From: Rhizaria sp. SCN 62-66
Lineage: Eukaryota
Reading direction: 5' to 3'
NCBI GenBank assembly: GCA_001724265.1
Contig: MEDY01000305.1
Span: 1-37,594, forward strand
DNA: 37,594 nt
Made by a program: the position numbers and the translations under genes. Positions 31,570-37,594 of this stretch are shown here, one piece after another (position 1 is the first letter of the stretch; every line of letters begins with the position of its first letter). Below the pieces are notes generated by a model. That model had not been told where the DNA came from. It saw only the letters and a program-made list of their open reading frames with translations, and searched no databases.

Positions 31570-33099
31570 TCATCGTAATCCGATAAGCGAATCAAGACTC
31601 ACCCCCTTCCCAACAGCGTTATCTGCGGCCTTGGTAACTGCCTTCTGCACCGTACGGCGGATCTTGGTGTGGAACCACTTGGCCAGTAGATTATACAACC
31701 ACGACAGCCACGATCGCCCCACCCTGACCTTGACTTTGCGCACCGTCACCTCCAGTCGCTTGAGCTCCACGCCCTGCGGCAAGTACTGGGTGTACGATGA
31801 CCCGCGGCCCGCGCCAGCCGCGTCGCCGCCCGAGCCCCCCAGAGCGGCCGCGGTGACGAGAGACGCCGCCGTCGCGCCCCCCCGCACGCCGGTGAGGATC
31901 GGCGCCATAGACCGCGCCCTGCCCGCTGCAGCGCCAGCAATAGCGCCAGCGTTCGCTCGTAAAAACTCAAGCGCCGATCCTGAGCCGCGCTCAGATACAT
32001 CAGCGTGTGTCAGTCGCAGTGCCGGCGCCGGTGGGCGTAGAGAGGGGCGTGAGCGCGCGAAGCTGGCGTTCACGCTTGAGAGAGTGACCGTGAGTCGCAC
32101 CCAGCCTGAGCCGCGTGGGATCCACGGAAACCAGCGGAACGCGTAGGACCAGTCGCACTGCGCCGTGACGACTGTATTCAACAGAGAAAGAATGATTTCG
32201 TTGCCGACGTTTAATCTGGGCAGTCGGGGCAACGAAAACTCGAGTGGCACTCCAGCATCAGTGTCACCGTCTGCGACTATCTCTCGAGTGACGCGAGCAT
32301 TTGTATCCGTGTCACCAAGTGTCGCTGTCTCTGACACAGTCGTCACCGCTGATAACTCTGTTGACATTGCTGCAGGTGTGCCGCGGGGTAGCGCTGCTGC
32401 AATGCGACGACGTGTTGACGGAGGCAAGTTGACCCCGCCTATGTTGGTCGTCACATTGCCCCAGATGATGTCGGTCGCAGGGTCGAACACTAAGTTCGAT
32501 AGCTTGTAGCGAAAGCCGTGCGAGGTGCCATTGAGAATTATATTTGAGCGTGGGCGTGTGGTGCTACTTTTGCGGGCTGTAGAGCCTCTGGTCGGGGGGT
32601 CTGTTAGTGTTGCACTCAATACGATCCCACCTTCATCAAAGTCACCTTGCGGATTGGTTGATTCGGAGCCAAAGTCTGGAACGATTGGTTGACCGTCACT
32701 GGCATTTGTTCCCAATCGTGATGAAGGCTCAGACGGGGATAGCATAGAGTTTAGTGGCGAGTTCGCATATTGTGTCTCCGTTGCCGAATTTGCTGTGACA
32801 GGGACTGAGTGACTGTGATCACTGTGACGCTCGTCAGTGTTTCTCATCGTGAACATCTCTGCAACGCGTAATACTTCAGAGGAGGCGATGGAAGCAAGGC
32901 TCACAAAAGATTTGACAAACTCTGTGTCGCGCACGTTCCTTTGTTGCTCGTGCTGCCGTGCGCGTGCCTGCGTTGGATGGATTGATTGTGTGGCCGTGAC
33001 ATATAAAGGGAAACCGTTGCTATACAGAGCGGCGAAAGCCCAAACCGCGAGGGCAATAACAATCGGAGGCACTGAAAGCCACCGCCAAGGAGGCTTCAT
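31570..33099 (-). CDS. Signal-anchored protein with a BPI/LBP (TULIP)-like lipid-binding domain, about 509 aa
   Basis: Long open frame. Hydrophobic N-terminus IVIALAVWAFAALY. C-terminal patterns DWSY..FPWI..GSGW and VKVRVGRSWLSWLYNLLAKWFHTKIRRTVQKAV resemble BPI N-terminal-domain strands and the SWLYN helix. The family call is by eye. Confidence 0.6.
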   Translation of the reverse strand: MKPPWRWLSVPPIVIALAVWAFAALYSNGFPLYVTATQSIHPTQARARQHEQQRNVRDTEFVKSFVSLASIASSEVLRVAEMFTMRNTDERHSDHSHSVPVTANSATETQYANSPLNSMLSPSEPSSRLGTNASDGQPIVPDFGSESTNPQGDFDEGGIVLSATLTDPPTRGSTARKSSTTRPRSNIILNGTSHGFRYKLSNLVFDPATDIIWGNVTTNIGGVNLPPSTRRRIAAALPRGTPAAMSTELSAVTTVSETATLGDTDTNARVTREIVADGDTDAGVPLEFSLPRLPRLNVGNEIILSLLNTVVTAQCDWSYAFRWFPWIPRGSGWVRLTVTLSSVNASFARSRPSLRPPAPALRLTHADVSERGSGSALEFLRANAGAIAGAAAGRARSMAPILTGVRGGATAASLVTAAALGGSGGDAAGAGRGSSYTQYLPQGVELKRLEVTVRKVKVRVGRSWLSWLYNLLAKWFHTKIRRTVQKAVTKAADNAVGKGVSLDSLIGLR

Positions 33100-33791
33100 T
33101 GTGATTACGAAGCGTGCTTGTTTTTGAGAATCAACACCGCCTGCCTGCCGGTGCAATATGAAGTTCCGGTATGTTGTTGTGACTTGAAGTTACTAACAAC
33201 GACTCAAAAATGCAACATAAGAAAAACAAATGAATAAAATGCAAACAAGATCATGTATACGGTGTGTTTTTGTTGTCATCCTCTTTAGAAATGTGTAGTT
33301 TGTGACGGTAAAATATTTTAGAGAGTGTGGGACTGTGTGCGCTGGCAAGCTGCTTCCCAGTCATACTCACAGTCACTCTTCTTTACGCGAATGATTTAAG
33401 CGATATAATCAACGGAATTGGATGCCGTCTTAAATATAAAGATCACTGTATTTGTGAATTGATGTTGTGATAAAGATAATAGGTATAGCTAGAGTGTTTG
33501 CTCTTACTGTGCAGTTTTTCTTCTTGTTTTGATTACGATGGACTTCGCTGAGCCAACATAACATCAATGAGAAATAATAGAATACAATAAATTAAACGCA
33601 CGTACGGTATGGCCGTGCTAAAAACAATTGGTTATGCAACACGGATGTGTCACACTTTAACAATCAAAGGTAACGAAGCTTTCAACGTGAGACTTTTGAA
33701 TGGTGAGCCGCTGGAACAACTCCTCACATGCAAAGTGTCATGGTCATCAAAAACAAATCGTACTCATTTCATACTGTTGCCCTTTAACGTC

Positions 33792-36700
33792 TTAGAAGAG
33801 CATCTTGCGGATGCGGTCCAAGAGCCCGCCCATGCCGTCGTCTTCGCGGAGCACGCGCTCGCGCTCTTTGCGCTCCTCTACCTGCTCGGGCCGCTTGGCC
33901 GCGGCGCGCCAGCTGAAGGCCTCGACGCCCGCCGCGGGGGTCGGCAGCGGGCGGTCGAGCCCCTTGGCGGCCTGCACCTTGGCCTCGGCCGCGTGCAGGT
34001 TCGCCTGCGCCAGCGCTAGCGCGGCGCCCGCGGCGCCGGCCTGCGCGCGCGCGGCCTCGACGCCGTCCTGCGTGGCCGCCGCGGCGAGGGGCTTGCGGCC
34101 GAGGCCGCGGCCGCCGCCCGAGGCGCGCCCGAGCGCAGCGGTGTAGGCGCTGTTGGCGGCCTTAGCGGCGCGGTCGGCGCGCTCGAGCGCGATGAGCGCG
34201 TTCTCAGCCTCCTCCTCGGCGCGCGCGACGGCCGCAGCCTTGGCGGCGGCACGCATCGCGCGGTGGGCCTGGCGCGCGCGCGAGACGTCGGCGAGCGCGG
34301 CCGAGCCGTCCTCGGCGACAGGCACGGCGGCCACGGCGGCGGTGAGCGCGTCCATCACGCCCAGCAGGCGCTCGCGGTCGGGGCGCACCAGGAACACGAA
34401 GAGGTGCTCGCGCGCGCGCGCCGCGGCGGGGCCGTCGGTGGGCACGACGCGCCCAGCGCCGGGGGCCGGGCGCGGCGCGAAGGGGTCGCCGGGCAGCACA
34501 ATGACGTCCTCCGCGGCAAAGCCGGGCTTGGAGGCGCTGCTGTCGCCGCTGTTGAGCAGACGGAGGATTGCGCGTTGCAGGCGCGCGGCGCGGACGCCGC
34601 CGTCTTCGCGCAGCGGCGACAGCCCCTTGGGCGGCGCGTTGGGCGCGCCCGCGGCGGGGATCGGCGTGTCCTGCGGCGACGGCACGACGGCGACGAGCGT
34701 GCACGCGCTAGCGCGCAGGCGTTGCCAGTCGTCGGGGCCCTGCGCGGCCGTGGCGAGCGCCGCCACGACCGACGGGCCCGCCTGCATAGCCTCGCCGTAG
34801 AGCTCCGTGTCGGCGGCCAGATCGTCAGAGTCGGTGGCGCACTGCGCCAGAGGCGCGGGCGCCTCGGTGCCGCAGACGCAGACGCACGCGCAGGGGCACT
34901 GGCAGCCGTCCTGTGCGAAGCGGCCGTGAAGTCCCGTGGCGTGGGTGTCAGCGTCGCCGCCGTCCGCGGGTGCGCTCGACGCGGCGGGGGCGGCGCGCGA
35001 GGAGCCGCCCGCGGCAGACGACGCCGACGCCGGGGGCGCGCCCAGTGCGGCGGCCGCGGAGCCCGTGGCCTGCGCGGCCGCAGCCGACAGCGCGGGGTTG
35101 CTGCGGTCAAGCCCCAGCGCGCGCGCGCCCTGCATCATCGAGTTCCACCGGTCGCCCTCTGCGCCGCCACCGAAGGTGGGCGCGGCGGGGCGCAGCGGCG
35201 GCGGGCGCGCCCACAGGCGGCGGCGCAGCATCGCGGCCGCACAGGGCGGCAGCAGCCCGCGAGCACGGACCGCGGCGAGCCCGTCCGGCTTGGACAGCAG
35301 CTGCGACGCGGCGCGCGAGGTGAGCGGCTGCATCGTGGGCGCGCGCAGCACGGGTGCGCGGGCCAGCGAGTCGAACACGTGCTTGCTGTCGGTCGCGGCA
35401 TGGCTGTTGTTGCTGGCGCTGGCGTTTCTAGCGGCGGTAGCCGCGGGGCACGCGCCCGCGCTGTGCGTGTGTGTGACGGCGAGCGCGACGGCGTAGGTGG
35501 CGGCGGCGACGAGGCGCGTGCCGCGGAGCGCGGGCGGTGCGATCGCCAGCTCGGGCTCGGCCACGGGCTGTGACGCCACGATGCCCGAGTTCGCCGTCGC
35601 GCGGCCCAGTGCAAGGGTGGAGTCCGCGCTTGCGCTATTGTCGCTGCTGACGTCAACAGAGCGAAGCGACGTGAGACGGAGCGTGACGGTGCCGGTCCAT
35701 TCGAGCGCGCGCGCGGAGCCCGCGGCCGCGCAGCCGGCGCCGGGGCGCGGCGCGGGCGGGTGCAGCGTGTAGAGCTCGGTGAGCTCCAACACGTCGGCCT
35801 CGTCGGGGAACAGCAGCGACAACAGCGCTTCCGCGGCGTCCGCGTCAGCGCTCTTGTCCTCGCTGGCGCTGCTGGGGAGCAGACGGGCCGCGAGCGCGGT
35901 CGCCAGCGCGGGCAAAGCGGTCTTCTCACTCTCGCAGTGAGCGCCGAGGAGGGCGGCGAGCGCGGCGGCGGCGTCGTCGCGGCGCACGCGGCCCCATGAG
36001 GCGAGCTCCACGTCCGCGGGCTGACACGTGCACGGCGCGCCCAGCATCGCGGCCGTGGCCGAGTTGAGCAGCGACGACAGCGACGCCATCGACGACGGGC
36101 CCGCGGCGGCCGAGGCCGCGGACACAGGCGCCGCCGGCAGCGTCGGGGCGTGGATGCCCGTGGCCGCGAGGGGCAGCCCGGTAAGCGAGGGCGCGGAGAG
36201 GACCGCGCCGGTGCGGGTGAGCGTGAAGCGGGGGCCGCGACGAGCAGCAACAGCAGAAGCAGCAGCAGGGACAGAATCGGTCTCCTTGGCATCAGTCTCA
36301 GCGTCAGCAACGGTGGGCTTGGCGTCAGTCTCAACAGCGGTAGCGGGCTTGGCCTCGTCGGCCGGGTAGACAGCGTTCCCGAGCCAGGCGCCGAGGACGG
36401 CAGACGCGGCGCGCTCGGACGACTCCGCAGCGACCTCAGCGGCAGCCTCGGCAGCGGCATCGGCCTCAGCCTTGGCGTCAGCCTCGGCCTTGGCCTGGGC
36501 AGCAGCCTCGTCGACCTCCGCGGGCTCGATCTTCCTCTCCTCACTACCGTCATTAGCAGGCTTCTTGAGCTGCTTCTTGGCGACTCTCGCGGTGAAGGGG
36601 CGGATCGTGGTGACCGTGGGCAGCAACGTGATCGCGGTCGCGGTGGCGTCCCAGCGCTCGTGCGCCAGGCGCGCGGCAGACACCACGGCCGCGGCGGCCG

Positions 36701-37594
36701 ACACGGCGCCCGGCGCCGCGGCGGGCACGCGATACGGCCCGCGGATCGGCGGTGGCAGCGCGGCGGCGGCCGAGAGCGTGAGCGGATGCGCGCCGCCGGT
36801 GGGCTGCGCGATGACGGCCGTGAAGGGGCACAGTGCGAGCGTGGCGCGGTCGGTCGCAGTCAGGCGCGTGCGCGCGCAGCGGCGGATGAGCAGCTGCTTC
36901 GCCTGTTCCTCGTCGATCGCGGGGCTGGTGGACGCGGCGTCATCGGCCTTGTCGGCCTTGTCGGCCTTGTCGGCGGCAGTAGCGATGGCGGTGATCGCGG
37001 ACTCTTCGCTCTCGCTAGCGTCACTAGCGTCGTCGCTCTTGGAGGCAGCCTTGCTCTTGGTCTCAGCCTCGGCGTCGGCCTTGGCCTTAGAGAGCGCGAC
37101 CGCGGTTGCGACGGCGGCGGCGTACTCGGCCTTGACGGCTGCGGCCTCGGCGTGCGAGGCCAGGTGCACGAAGCGCGGCGCGAAGAGCGCCCACGTGGAC
37201 TCGAGCACGGCCCGCGCAGTGGCGGGGGACACGCCGCCCGCGCTCGCGAGCGCCACTGCGGCCTCGGGGGTCGCCACGGTGGCGGCGGCGCTGTCAGCAA
37301 CGCTGGCGGCGTTGCTGTTGTTGTTGTTGGCGCTGCCGGGAGTGGTCGCGTCGGTGCTGGCGATGTTGCTGAGCAGCATGTCAACCGCGCTGCGCACCAC
37401 GTGCGCCGACACGCGCACGCCCGCGCTAGCGGCGGACGCGCTGTCGCCGACGGGGATGAGCGAGGCAGCGTGCGCGGCGACAGCGCGCGCGGCGCGGCCC
37501 GCGGCGGCGGCGGGCAGCGCGGCGGTCGCGGCAGCGGGGACGGCGGCCAGCGCGGCAGCCGCGGCGGCGCGGCGGCGCAGCACGCGCATGCGGC
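33792..37594 (-). CDS. Large Ala-rich hypothetical protein, at least 1265 aa; 5' end probably outside the window
   Basis: Uninterrupted 3.8 kb frame with the same codon style as neighbouring genes, ending in TAA at 33792 where AT-rich sequence begins. No recognisable domain. Confidence 0.8.
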   Translation of the reverse strand, partial: RMRVLRRRAAAAAALAAVPAAATAALPAAAAGRAARAVAAHAASLIPVGDSASAASAGVRVSAHVVRSAVDMLLSNIASTDATTPGSANNNNSNAASVADSAAATVATPEAAVALASAGGVSPATARAVLESTWALFAPRFVHLASHAEAAAVKAEYAAAVATAVALSKAKADAEAETKSKAASKSDDASDASESEESAITAIATAADKADKADKADDAASTSPAIDEEQAKQLLIRRCARTRLTATDRATLALCPFTAVIAQPTGGAHPLTLSAAAALPPPIRGPYRVPAAAPGAVSAAAAVVSAARLAHERWDATATAITLLPTVTTIRPFTARVAKKQLKKPANDGSEERKIEPAEVDEAAAQAKAEADAKAEADAAAEAAAEVAAESSERAASAVLGAWLGNAVYPADEAKPATAVETDAKPTVADAETDAKETDSVPAAASAVAARRGPRFTLTRTGAVLSAPSLTGLPLAATGIHAPTLPAAPVSAASAAAGPSSMASLSSLLNSATAAMLGAPCTCQPADVELASWGRVRRDDAAAALAALLGAHCESEKTALPALATALAARLLPSSASEDKSADADAAEALLSLLFPDEADVLELTELYTLHPPAPRPGAGCAAAGSARALEWTGTVTLRLTSLRSVDVSSDNSASADSTLALGRATANSGIVASQPVAEPELAIAPPALRGTRLVAAATYAVALAVTHTHSAGACPAATAARNASASNNSHAATDSKHVFDSLARAPVLRAPTMQPLTSRAASQLLSKPDGLAAVRARGLLPPCAAAMLRRRLWARPPPLRPAAPTFGGGAEGDRWNSMMQGARALGLDRSNPALSAAAAQATGSAAAALGAPPASASSAAGGSSRAAPAASSAPADGGDADTHATGLHGRFAQDGCQCPCACVCVCGTEAPAPLAQCATDSDDLAADTELYGEAMQAGPSVVAALATAAQGPDDWQRLRASACTLVAVVPSPQDTPIPAAGAPNAPPKGLSPLREDGGVRAARLQRAILRLLNSGDSSASKPGFAAEDVIVLPGDPFAPRPAPGAGRVVPTDGPAAARAREHLFVFLVRPDRERLLGVMDALTAAVAAVPVAEDGSAALADVSRARQAHRAMRAAAKAAAVARAEEEAENALIALERADRAAKAANSAYTAALGRASGGGRGLGRKPLAAAATQDGVEAARAQAGAAGAALALAQANLHAAEAKVQAAKGLDRPLPTPAAGVEAFSWRAAAKRPEQVEERKERERVLREDDGMGGLLDRIRKMLF

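Noticed and set aside
1-37594. Prokaryotic systems (CRISPR, operons, IS elements), tRNA/rRNA genes, TPP riboswitch, SECIS, non-standard genetic code
   Set aside because: The window is intron-containing eukaryotic DNA. By eye I found no spaced repeat arrays, transposase or RT motifs, cloverleafs, riboswitch cores or in-frame stops within conserved domains.

Overview
This is gene-dense eukaryotic nuclear DNA, probably from a protist (lineage not determinable here). It has very GC-rich, alanine-inflated exons, AT-richer spacers and short spliceosomal introns of 119-285 nt that all begin GTAC. The standard genetic code fits every gene. In order: 5' end of RACK1 (-), RPL3 (+), phosphatidylinositol synthase with a His-rich tail (-), a greatly expanded CIA30/NDUFAF1-like protein (-), a PHD-finger protein (+), a small unknown ORF (-), Exo84 (+), an apparently empty 2 kb gap, two tandem NodZ/GT23-like fucosyltransferase paralogues (-), NHP2 (-), EMC3 (-), a BPI/TULIP-like protein (-) and a large unknown Ala-rich protein (-, probably truncated). 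The best leads are: (1) a candidate spliced 13-codon micro-ORF (MLPHSTTARTCFH) with flanking RNA structures in the 2 kb gap; (2) the bacterial-like NodZ pair, in which one copy has lost the conserved donor-binding Arg; (3) a splice acceptor just upstream of most start codons, meaning either 5'-UTR introns or spliced-leader trans-splicing. Most long ORFs in the supplied track are antisense or frame shadows. All family assignments come from motif recognition by eye; no database search was run.
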